NCBI GenBank assembly: GCA_046484865.1
Contig: JAWOID010000071.1
Span: 32,001-96,000 of the forward strand
From: Candidatus Krumholzibacteriia bacterium
GTDB lineage: Bacteria; Krumholzibacteriota; Krumholzibacteriia; LZORAL124-64-63
DNA length: 64,000 nt
Reading direction: 5' to 3'
Shown here: piece after piece, positions 48,601 to 56,320 of the stretch
How the letters are laid out: every line of letters starts with the position of its first letter
How positions within the stretch are numbered: position 1 is the stretch's first letter
Made by a program: the position numbers and the translations under genes
Notes under the pieces: generated by a model
The model's input: only the letters and a program-made list of their open reading frames with translations
What the model was told of the DNA's origin: nothing
The model's database searches: none

Positions 48601-50426
48601 GCCGGCACGCCCAGGTAGGTGGAGAGGCTCGGGTCGCCCATCAGGTTGTAGATGTTCCAGTAGTACGTGGTACGGCTGGAGCCGGACTCGTGGACCGCCA
48701 GGTTGCCGGCGAAGATGATGGCGTCGTTGGTGACGTACCACTGCGCGGCCGCCTCGCCGTGGTCGTGGAAGACGCCGTCGTAAGCGCCCAGACCCGTGGA
48801 CGCGTAGGGCCACGCCGTACCGTCGATCTCGCCGGCCGGATGGAAGCCCACGCCCCACCAGTAATCCTCGTCCCAGTAGGTGGAATTGGAGCCGCCGATG
48901 TAGCCGACGGATCCCTTGTTCGCAGCGCGCAGCCAGGTCTCGGCGAAGCATTCCGGCTCGTCATAGGTCGACGTCACGCAGCAATTGCCGACCGCCAGGC
49001 AGTACTTCCCGGCGTTGGTCAGGCCGTTGACGTTCGCCTGGGTGAAGCTCGGATCGGCCCAGCTGGTGACCGATCCGTGCGCGGTGTAGTTGATGTACGC
49101 CACGCCGTCGCTCACGTGCTGGACGATCTCACCCTCCACCGGGCCGCTGCTCGTCGGGTAGAGGTAAGTGTGGCTGAGCAACCCGTGGGCGGCATTGAAG
49201 TAGTGCTCGGTGCCGTAGTTGATCTGACCGTTGCCGTGCGTGGGCGCCCAGGTGGCGTCCACGCCCGCGATCATCACCACCTCGTCCAGGTAGCTCGGGT
49301 CCGGCATCGTGAACCGGTCGTACATCAGCGTCTTGTCGATGATCGCCTGGAGCTGGGCGGTACTGGTGGCGCTGAAGCGGCCGTAGTAGATGTCCGGCAC
49401 CAGGTCGCCGTCCACCGCGCAGTAGGGCCGGTCGGTGGCGTCGCCGCTGAGGGTGAAGGTGGGACACTGGGCCACGTCGCCCACGAAGAGCGCGAAGCTG
49501 GGCGCCGGCTGCTCGGGGGTGGCGCCGTTGTACAGTCCATGGATGTAGCTCTGGATGCTGGTGGTGGTCGATCCGACCGCCGGGGTGCCGATCACGCCCA
49601 CGATCACGCGGAATCCGCGCAGGGTCTTCCAGGCGATGAATTCCTGGAGCGTCGCCTCGAACTCGGGCGGCGTGATGATCACCATCGTCACGACGTCGGC
49701 CACACGGTCGGGATGGGAGTCGTGCAGGCCCTTCGCGCCGGCGAGCCGGTCGTAGAGCGGCTCGAAGAAGGGGCTCCAGGTGCGGGCGATCAGGTCCTGC
49801 TGCGCCATCTGGTCGCCGCCACGGAAACGCACCGTCACCTCGAAGCTCTCGGCCACCTCGATCTCGCCCGACTGCGGGAAGTAGGTGACCGGCGCCAGCT
49901 CGAGCCGCCCGAAGCGGACGGCGCGCAGCGTGGACTCGCCCGCGAGCACGGCGAGCGGACGGCTCACGAGCGCCTTCTGGTAGGCGGCGCGATCCAGCAC
50001 GAACGGCACCTGGGCCGGATCCTGGCTCTTGGAGACGCTCGGTTGCGCCGGCATCAGCGGGTGCCGCACGCCGAGGTCGCTCAGGAGATAGCGGCGCGTC
50101 TGCACGGCGCTCACCTCGATGTCGACCTCGGCTCCCAGCGGCAGCGCGATCAGCCGGTTCATCATGGGCAGCTCCGGAGCGCCGACGTCGTGGGAGCTGT
50201 GGAAGCCGGGGATCAGGAGCCGCGTGTAATCGCCCTCGGACGTGGTCACGTCCATGGCGCCCAGTTCGCCGACCCGCACGCGGAACGACAGTCCGCCCGG
50301 GCTCGCGGAGGTGAGCACGACCTCGCTGACCGCCTCCGACAGCTCGACCGGGCGGACGTCGGCCGACGCGTCCGGGGCGACGACGAGAAGCAGCCCGATC
50401 ACGAGGAGGATTGATGGCTTCCGCAT
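45669..50426 (-). CDS. C25 gingipain-like cysteine peptidase (Kgp-like), multidomain, with P-proprotein and FlgD-Ig domains
   Basis: Signal peptide and propeptide (GAPELP), DIYYGRFSA, NYTAHGS (His), GNCC (Cys) and YWDEDYYWGVG. ITHTYIGDL/GDWTL P-domain and PNPFNP C-terminal domain. Confidence 0.9.
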   Translation of the reverse strand: MRKPSILLVIGLLLVVAPDASADVRPVELSEAVSEVVLTSASPGGLSFRVRVGELGAMDVTTSEGDYTRLLIPGFHSSHDVGAPELPMMNRLIALPLGAEVDIEVSAVQTRRYLLSDLGVRHPLMPAQPSVSKSQDPAQVPFVLDRAAYQKALVSRPLAVLAGESTLRAVRFGRLELAPVTYFPQSGEIEVAESFEVTVRFRGGDQMAQQDLIARTWSPFFEPLYDRLAGAKGLHDSHPDRVADVVTMVIITPPEFEATLQEFIAWKTLRGFRVIVGVIGTPAVGSTTTSIQSYIHGLYNGATPEQPAPSFALFVGDVAQCPTFTLSGDATDRPYCAVDGDLVPDIYYGRFSATSTAQLQAIIDKTLMYDRFTMPDPSYLDEVVMIAGVDATWAPTHGNGQINYGTEHYFNAAHGLLSHTYLYPTSSGPVEGEIVQHVSDGVAYINYTAHGSVTSWADPSFTQANVNGLTNAGKYCLAVGNCCVTSTYDEPECFAETWLRAANKGSVGYIGGSNSTYWDEDYWWGVGFHPAGEIDGTAWPYASTGLGAYDGVFHDHGEAAAQWYVTNDAIIFAGNLAVHESGSSRTTYYWNIYNLMGDPSLSTYLGVPATNPVTHPATVLAGQTEIAIGAAAGSYVGLTQGGELVGAGTVDDAGSVAVTYLRTLTPGVPLHLVVMAQNREPYVTDLDVIVPATVLIDPTTIPANTTTDITVTVLDATGMNPQPGIEVWAEGLDYQTAAVTTDAGGVAVITVNYAYGPSLDIVGQDPAETYRLFTEPVTVTALPLTSPDLAVSTDFGLSDAFALDLPGTLQASVGETGHTLYARLPDGSLLSTTEAALTLTPAQLGQVTGIIAVGGHDLYSEAFDVIEAHGTLSGTVTSGGAPLAGVVVTGLDAAMSETFSVTTDGSGAWTVPDDLLVGDHTVVVDHFGYLHHEAPYFVRCGANTLDIALVPAPSGVLSGRLTDSATSAGLVGTVRVYRSDTGELYDEAVSDANGDYVTGPLPYFTYQLQARAPHHVPVTIALTLEDPAVIKDFILEPTTGDLLIVDDGGAAAATAVPAKYDEKTGELIAPEYLPSAGKSADQLRLDLEAMGYYVTVVAAGAVDPAVFWDHDLVILSCGGNTATLRNAALKSALVTFAQAGGHLLLEGGELGYNHYQTGDFAAHVMHTDDWNHDGCGQVTIDVTDHRVVNVPNVLSGQISLAYSGYGDSDGMVPLPDAVQVASWSNYPSEASVICYDPNPVPDGGQIVYFTFNYLAAGAQRIELLENAVHWLLADELGTASVSGTVTLAGQSVHAGITVAAVPGGGTTVTDSDGSYTLDGLFAGSYAITASMAGWSTARTDVTLVDGEHLTGVDLQLSPVATVEACSSPGAPIGDHQTFIDVVGCPDAHIITAVEVWVDITHTYIGDLTVTLTSARGTDVVLHARSGGSADDLVGWYPATLTPAGDLDLLIGEEMQGDWTLTVSDGAGGDVGALNEWCVRLTYAVVVGIEDRAPRAVMLEGNHPNPFNPSTTITFAVPVRGRVDLQVFDLRGRLVATLANGSLDAGHHSVTWQGCDAAGRAVPSGTYVYRLQAGGETRTAKMMLVR

Positions 50427-50510
50427 GGGGTGTCCCTTTCGCCATACGATGGGTCCCCGCGGCGCCAGGAACGATCTTCCTCCCGGGCGTCGCGCGGTAC
50501 GGGATCGGAG

Positions 50511-50528
50511 ATGTCAATATCTTAACAT
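50511..50528. promoter_or_regulatory. AT-rich imperfect palindrome ATGTCAATATCTTAACAT upstream of the gingipain gene
   Basis: 14 of 18 positions are self-complementary. Contains TTGACA on the minus strand. Confidence 0.5.
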
Positions 50529-50628
50529 GGATCGCGGGCCCGGAAGACCCGGGAATCGTCCGTGGTGAGCCCGGGGCCAAGCGGACATTTGCCGCACCCC
50601 CGCTACGGTCGCTCATCAATGATGCGGC

Positions 50629-51804
50629 CTAGAGCACCTCGAGGAACAGCGTCTTGAGATAGTGGGTCTCCGGGATGTTCACGAGCACCGGGTGGTCGGC
50701 CGCCTGCATGCCGTAGCCGCGCAGGACCACGCGGCGGGCCGACTGGCGCACCGCGCGGGTCACGCAATCGGCGAACAGGTCGGGGCCCACGTGATACGAG
50801 CAGGACGAGGTGGCCAGCAGCCCGCCCCGGCGCAGCCGGCGCAGGCCCACCCGGTTGATGTCGACGTACCCGCGCTGGGCGCCGGCCACCTCGCGGCGGC
50901 TCTTGGCGAAGGCCGGCGGATCGAGAACGAGCACGTCGGCCGCCTCGCGCGGCAGCGCCCGCAACCAGTCGAAGGCGTCGGCGACGACGATCTCGGCGCG
51001 GTCGGCGGCGAACCCGTTCAGCCGCAGGTTCGCCTCGATCTGCCGGGCCGCGCCGGCGGAACTGTCGACGAAGGTCACGTGCTCCGCGCCGGCGGCGAGG
51101 GCGTGCAGCCCCCAGGCCCCGGCGTAGGCGAAGACGTCATGCATGCGACGGCCGACGCACCACCCCGCCAGGCGCAGCCGGTTCTCGCGCTGATCGAGGA
51201 AGAGACCGGTCTTCTGACCGGCCAGCGGATCCACGAGGAATCGCACGCCGCCCTCGCTCGCCTCCACGGGTCCGTCCAGCGGTCCGTGCAGCACGGCGCT
51301 CTCGGGCTGCATCCCCTCGGCCGCGAGTTGCGATCCGTCGTTGCTCAGCACCACCGCCCGCGGCTGGAACAGCTCCACCAGCAGGCCGACGATCAGCTCG
51401 CGGTACAGATCGATGCCGCGGTTGTTCAGCTGGAGCACGAGCACGTCGGCGTAGCGGTCCACCACCAGCCCCGGCAGGCCGTCGGCCTCCGAGAAGACCA
51501 GCCGCACGGAGTTCGTGCCGGCGTCGAGCAGCGGCCGGCGGCGGGCCGCCGCCTCCTCCAGGCGGCCGCGAAAGAAGTCGCGGTCCAGCGGCTCATCGTG
51601 GAACGTGAAGACCCGCACGGGGATGGGCGATCCCTCGCAGTAGACGCCGCGCGCGACGAAGCGGCCGTCGCCGTCCACCAGGTCGACCGGGTCCACGGCG
51701 GCCAGACGGTGACGGCCGCCGCCGATGTCGCCGGGCAGGATCCACGGATGGCGCGCGCGCAGGCGGCGCACCGCCTCGGGCTTCAGGGGGAGGTTGCGCG
51801 GCAC
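50629..51804 (-). CDS. rlmI: RlmI-like SAM-dependent rRNA methyltransferase
   Basis: HPWI PUA domain, RLVFSEADGLPGLVVDRY, GQKTGLFLDQRENR, LDPPAF, SSCS and DHP...PETHYLK. Confidence 0.88.
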   Translation of the reverse strand: MPRNLPLKPEAVRRLRARHPWILPGDIGGGRHRLAAVDPVDLVDGDGRFVARGVYCEGSPIPVRVFTFHDEPLDRDFFRGRLEEAAARRRPLLDAGTNSVRLVFSEADGLPGLVVDRYADVLVLQLNNRGIDLYRELIVGLLVELFQPRAVVLSNDGSQLAAEGMQPESAVLHGPLDGPVEASEGGVRFLVDPLAGQKTGLFLDQRENRLRLAGWCVGRRMHDVFAYAGAWGLHALAAGAEHVTFVDSSAGAARQIEANLRLNGFAADRAEIVVADAFDWLRALPREAADVLVLDPPAFAKSRREVAGAQRGYVDINRVGLRRLRRGGLLATSSCSYHVGPDLFADCVTRAVRQSARRVVLRGYGMQAADHPVLVNIPETHYLKTLFLEVL

Positions 51805-51920
51805 CGCGTCACCTCGGGCGAGTCCGTGGCACCGCCACACCTGGCGGCGGTTCCCGCAGCCGGCCGGCGTCGAGCATCGGGTGACGCGCGGGGCGATCGG
51901 CCGGGCGGCCGGGTTCGATC

Positions 51921-53924
51921 TCAGCCATCGCCGCCCTCCGCGACGGGGATCTCCAGGCGGGTGAAGGCCTCGTTCAGCGCGGAGACGCGCTCGCGGTCGC
52001 GCCCCTCCATGTAGTAGCGCAGAACCGCATCGGTGCCCGAGGCCCGCAACTCGAACCACTGCCCCTCCATCTCCAGGTAGGTGCCGTCGCCGGCCCGGAA
52101 GCAGCGCCGCACCGGCGGCAGTTCCACCTGCGGGGGCAGACGCTCGGCGAGCGTGCGGGCCACCGCCTGCGGTTCGCGGCCCTCGAGCGCACCGAACCAG
52201 GAGACGACGGCGTGCTTGCGCGCATTGCCGTCGGCACGGGCACGCTCGCGTTCCTGGCCCTGCAACGTCTCGTCGAAGAGCGTGACGTCCCGCCGCTCGT
52301 AGAATCGGTAGCGGATGTCGTGCTCCTCGAGCAGGTCCAGGTAGGCTCCGGCAAAGCTCTCGCCGCGCCGGAAGAGGCGCGCCGCCGCGCAGAACGCCAG
52401 CACGCCCACCTGGCAGGCGTCCTTCTCCTTGGGCGCGAGGCTCAGGTGCTCGCCGCCGCGGCTGAGGACCGGCTCGGCGGGCCCCAGGGCGGCGCCGCCG
52501 CTCTCCTCGGCCATGATCAGAAGCCGGGGCTGGGCACCGAACTCGACCTTCGTGCCCGTCACGTCCTTCACCAGGGTGGTGCCGAGCCCGGCGGCGAGTT
52601 GCTGCTCGAGTTCCCGCACCAGCGCGGCGAAGTGCTTGAAGCCGACGGGAGTCTGGAAGGTGCGCAGGTTGCCGCCTTCGCGCGCGTTGTGGCTTTCGGC
52701 CAGCTCGGCGATGCTGCGGGTGGTCGGGTAGGTCGTGGCCACGATCCAGTCGTAGCGCTCGAGGTCATCGCCCTGGCGGAGCGCCTCGATCTTCAGCGCC
52801 GTCAGCAGGAAGTAGATCTGGTTGGGCCGGAAGTAGACCAGACAGCGCGCCTCGCTCTCGCCGGCGGCGTCGGGTGCGTCCAGCGGCTCCACCTCCAGCC
52901 CCGCGTCGCGCGCCCTCTCCGCGAGGCTGGCGGGCGCCACGGTGACCATGTTGAAGCGGTCGCCGTCGGGATCCCAGATGAAGAAGACGTCGGCCTCGCG
53001 GCGCCCGAGCACCTCCTGCGCGCCCACGTTCTTGTAGACCTGCCACTTGCCCGGATCCACGCCGTGGTTCACGCCGTCCACGATGCCGATGCCATGGTAG
53101 TCGGGGCTCTCCTCCGCATGGGTCAGGAAGACCGGCCGGCCGTCGCCGACCCCGATCCCCAGGGCATCGAACACGCGCTGTCCGGTCTGGCCCATGGAGC
53201 CGCCCTCGGTCGAGAAGGCGGCGCGGAAGCCGCGCTCGGCGGCCCGGGGCACCTCGGCCAGAAGCGGCGCCGGGATCACCTCGCGCAGCACCGCCACGTA
53301 GGCGTCCAGCGGATCGAAGTCGCGCCGGATGAGCGGGTCGTACGAGGGGGCCAGACGGATGGTGAGCCCCTCGCCGGCGGCGCGGGCCACCAGTTTCCGC
53401 ACCTGGCCCGCGATCTCGTCCGCCATTCCCAGCAACTGCCCGCCGCCGGCGTCCATCGGCTTCCAGCCGCCCTTGTAGCTCGGGCTGTGGGAGGCGGTGA
53501 AGTTCTCGCCTCCGTCCAGTCCTTCGTGGAAGATGCCGAAGGAACTGAGCCAGATCGGCGTCGTGCGCATCTCCGGGGGCCGCAGATGCACCTCGATCCC
53601 GTGGGCCGCGTAGATGCGCGCGGCCAGGTCGATCAGTTCCTGGGTGTGCGGACGCACCTCCCCGCCCACGTGCAGCGTCCGCAGGCCCCGCTCTTCAGCG
53701 AGTTGCGCCCGCGCCTCCAGCAGAACGGCGATCGTCAGCCCGTTGAACGGCACGTCGAGCGCGAAGAGATCGTCCGGATCGAGCAGGTCGCGATAGCCGG
53801 CGGTCCCCAGGGCGAAGTCGCGCCCCCACCGTTCGAGCATGGCCTGGGCAGCGAGCGACGGATCGATCGTGATGATCTCCGCGCGGGCCGCGAACGGCGT
53901 GAACAGGGTTGCTGAACCGGACAT
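51921..53924 (-). CDS. Alpha-D-phosphohexomutase (PGM/PMM) family protein, divergent
   Basis: GTAG, TASHS phosphoserine loop, DPDGDR metal loop, VGFK, EESGG, KDA and RASGT. Confidence 0.85.
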   Translation of the reverse strand: MSGSATLFTPFAARAEIITIDPSLAAQAMLERWGRDFALGTAGYRDLLDPDDLFALDVPFNGLTIAVLLEARAQLAEERGLRTLHVGGEVRPHTQELIDLAARIYAAHGIEVHLRPPEMRTTPIWLSSFGIFHEGLDGGENFTASHSPSYKGGWKPMDAGGGQLLGMADEIAGQVRKLVARAAGEGLTIRLAPSYDPLIRRDFDPLDAYVAVLREVIPAPLLAEVPRAAERGFRAAFSTEGGSMGQTGQRVFDALGIGVGDGRPVFLTHAEESPDYHGIGIVDGVNHGVDPGKWQVYKNVGAQEVLGRREADVFFIWDPDGDRFNMVTVAPASLAERARDAGLEVEPLDAPDAAGESEARCLVYFRPNQIYFLLTALKIEALRQGDDLERYDWIVATTYPTTRSIAELAESHNAREGGNLRTFQTPVGFKHFAALVRELEQQLAAGLGTTLVKDVTGTKVEFGAQPRLLIMAEESGGAALGPAEPVLSRGGEHLSLAPKEKDACQVGVLAFCAAARLFRRGESFAGAYLDLLEEHDIRYRFYERRDVTLFDETLQGQERERARADGNARKHAVVSWFGALEGREPQAVARTLAERLPPQVELPPVRRCFRAGDGTYLEMEGQWFELRASGTDAVLRYYMEGRDRERVSALNEAFTRLEIPVAEGGDG

Positions 53925-54186
53925 GGCGCTCGCTTTCGCTGGCCTGCGGCCGTGGCCGCCGTGCGCATGAGGTGTGACGATCCCAGGTTAGGTGAATTTC
54001 GCCGCGTCCTCAAGCGCGCCGTCCGGGAGCGGGGCCCGGGAACAATGCGGCGACGACCTCCCTCCGCAGCGATGACCGCGGGGTTCGGCGGTCGCCGTGT
54101 CCTCCCGTCCTTGAGCCGCGACGCTCGAGGTGCCACACTTGCGGCAGTGCCTCCCCGTCAAGGGCCTCATCCCAGGAGCGAACCGC

Positions 54187-56319
54187 ATGCGCTACCCATT
54201 CCGGCGCCGCCAGCCGCATCGGCTCATCCGTGCCGGGACGCTGCCGTCCCTCGCCGTGCTGCTGACCTGCAGCGCCGCCATGACGGGCGCGTCTCCCGCA
54301 GCCGCGACACCGGCGGAACGGATCCCGGACCTCGTCGCCGCCGCCGGCACCAGTGTCGACCACGACGGTGCCGATGAGGTGGTGGTCTTCGACCGTACGG
54401 ACGTGGACGTGGAGGACAGCGGCCTCTCGCACGTCGTGCAGCACCGGCTGGTGAAGGCCCTGACGGCAGCCGGCGCCCGCCGGCATGCCTTCCAGCGTTT
54501 CGATTACGATCCGGCCACCCAGTTCATCGAGGTGCGCCGGGTGCGCGTCTGGCGGCCTGGCGAGCCGCCGCGCGAGGTGAACCTGGCCGGGCTCGTGGAC
54601 GTGACCGCACCGGCACACGCCATCTACTGGGGCGCCCGGATGCAGGGCCTGGCGGTTACCGATCTGCAGTGCGGCGATGCGGTGGAGACCGAGATCTACC
54701 GCAAGGGTTTCATGATCGCCTACCTGGACGATGCGGGCGCGGCTGCCGCGGCGGGCGCCACGAGCGCGGGACCCGCGAGCGCGAGCGCCACGAGCGCGAG
54801 CGCCACGGGAGAGGCTTCGTCCGCCGCCGACGCGGAGGACGGACGCTACATCCCGCCCATGAGGGGCCACTACTACGACGTGATCCTCTTCCAGGAGCCG
54901 TCTCCGCTGCGCGAGAAGACGTACACGCTGCGGACGCCGCGCGACAAACCCGTGCAGTTCGAGGTCTACAACGGTCCCGTGCACACCGCGAGCACGTTCG
55001 ATGCCGAGGGGTTCACCTACCGCTTCTGGACGGGACCGCAGCCCGCCGTGGTCCGCGAGTGGCGCAGCACCGCCGCTTCCGACCATGTCCCGAAGGTGGT
55101 ACTGGCCACCGCCGAGGACTGGCCGGCCAAGTCGCGCTGGTTCCACGACGCCAACGTCGAGCAGTTCCACTCCACGCCGGCCATCGACGCGAAAGTGGCC
55201 GAGATCACCCGCGGTCTGAAGACCGACGAAGAGAAGATCGCCGCGCTCAACCACTGGGTGGCCCAGAACATCCGTTACTGCGGCCACAACATGGGCGAGG
55301 GCGAAGGTTACACCCTGCACCCGGGCGACATGGTGTTCACCGAGCGCGCCGGCGTCTGCAAGGACATCGCCAGCATGAGCATCACGATGCTGCGTGCGGC
55401 CGGCTACGAGGTGTATCCGGCCATGACCATGGCGGGCAGCCGGGTCGAGAGCATCCCGGCCGATCAGTTCAACCACAGCGTGGCGGCGCTGCGACGGCCG
55501 GACGGCACCTGGGAGATGCTCGATCCCACCTGGATCCCGTTCGCCATGGACAACTGGTCGCGGGCCGAGGGCGAACAGGACTTCGTCATCGGCACCCCCG
55601 AGGGTGAGCAACTCATGCGCATGCCCGCCTACTCGCCCGAGGAGAATCTCGCCACCCTGCGTCTGCGCGGGCGTTTGCAGCCGGACGGCACCCTGGTGGG
55701 CACGCTCGACGTGGAGGGTCGCGGCCAGGCCGATGCCGGGCTGCGCCGCGCCGTCGCGCTCACTCCGCGCGACGAGGTGGCCGGCAGGCTGGCGGGCTGG
55801 CTGGCCGAGGCCGCCCCCGGCGCCGAGCTCACCGGGTGGCGGAGCGGCGATCCGGAGGACTTCTCGCGGCCCCTGTCGCTGGCGCTGGAGTTCCGCCTGC
55901 CGGGCCACGCGATGGTCGGACGGTCCACGGCCTCGTGGCAGCCGACCCTGCCGGCGCTGGTGGGCTCCGGGTTCGCCGGCGTGTTCCGCGTGCCGGTGAT
56001 GGAACTCGACGAGGATCGCACCACCCCGGCCCTCCTCTGGTTCGCCCAGCTCGTGGATCTGGACGAGGAGGTGGAACTGCCGCGGGGCTTCCTCGCCGCG
56101 GCGCCGGTCGCCGCCACCGGTCGCGCCGGCGACGAGACGAGCTTCGCCCGGGCCAGCGTGACCGCCACTGCCGACGGCCGCAAGCTGCGCTGCCGCGCCA
56201 CCATGAGCTACCAGCGCCGCACCATCGAACCCGACCGGTGGCCCGAGTTCCGTGCCGCCGTCGAGGTCCTGCGCACCCTGGGAGAGACCCGTTTCACCGG
56301 CCAGCGGCGGGAGGGCTGA
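54187..56319 (+). CDS. Secreted DUF3857 + transglutaminase-like protein with intact Cys-His-Asp triad
   Basis: Signal peptide, WVAQNIRY, GVCKD, FNH and LDPT. Confidence 0.88.
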   Translation: MRYPFRRRQPHRLIRAGTLPSLAVLLTCSAAMTGASPAAATPAERIPDLVAAAGTSVDHDGADEVVVFDRTDVDVEDSGLSHVVQHRLVKALTAAGARRHAFQRFDYDPATQFIEVRRVRVWRPGEPPREVNLAGLVDVTAPAHAIYWGARMQGLAVTDLQCGDAVETEIYRKGFMIAYLDDAGAAAAAGATSAGPASASATSASATGEASSAADAEDGRYIPPMRGHYYDVILFQEPSPLREKTYTLRTPRDKPVQFEVYNGPVHTASTFDAEGFTYRFWTGPQPAVVREWRSTAASDHVPKVVLATAEDWPAKSRWFHDANVEQFHSTPAIDAKVAEITRGLKTDEEKIAALNHWVAQNIRYCGHNMGEGEGYTLHPGDMVFTERAGVCKDIASMSITMLRAAGYEVYPAMTMAGSRVESIPADQFNHSVAALRRPDGTWEMLDPTWIPFAMDNWSRAEGEQDFVIGTPEGEQLMRMPAYSPEENLATLRLRGRLQPDGTLVGTLDVEGRGQADAGLRRAVALTPRDEVAGRLAGWLAEAAPGAELTGWRSGDPEDFSRPLSLALEFRLPGHAMVGRSTASWQPTLPALVGSGFAGVFRVPVMELDEDRTTPALLWFAQLVDLDEEVELPRGFLAAAPVAATGRAGDETSFARASVTATADGRKLRCRATMSYQRRTIEPDRWPEFRAAVEVLRTLGETRFTGQRREG

Positions 56320-56320
56320 C

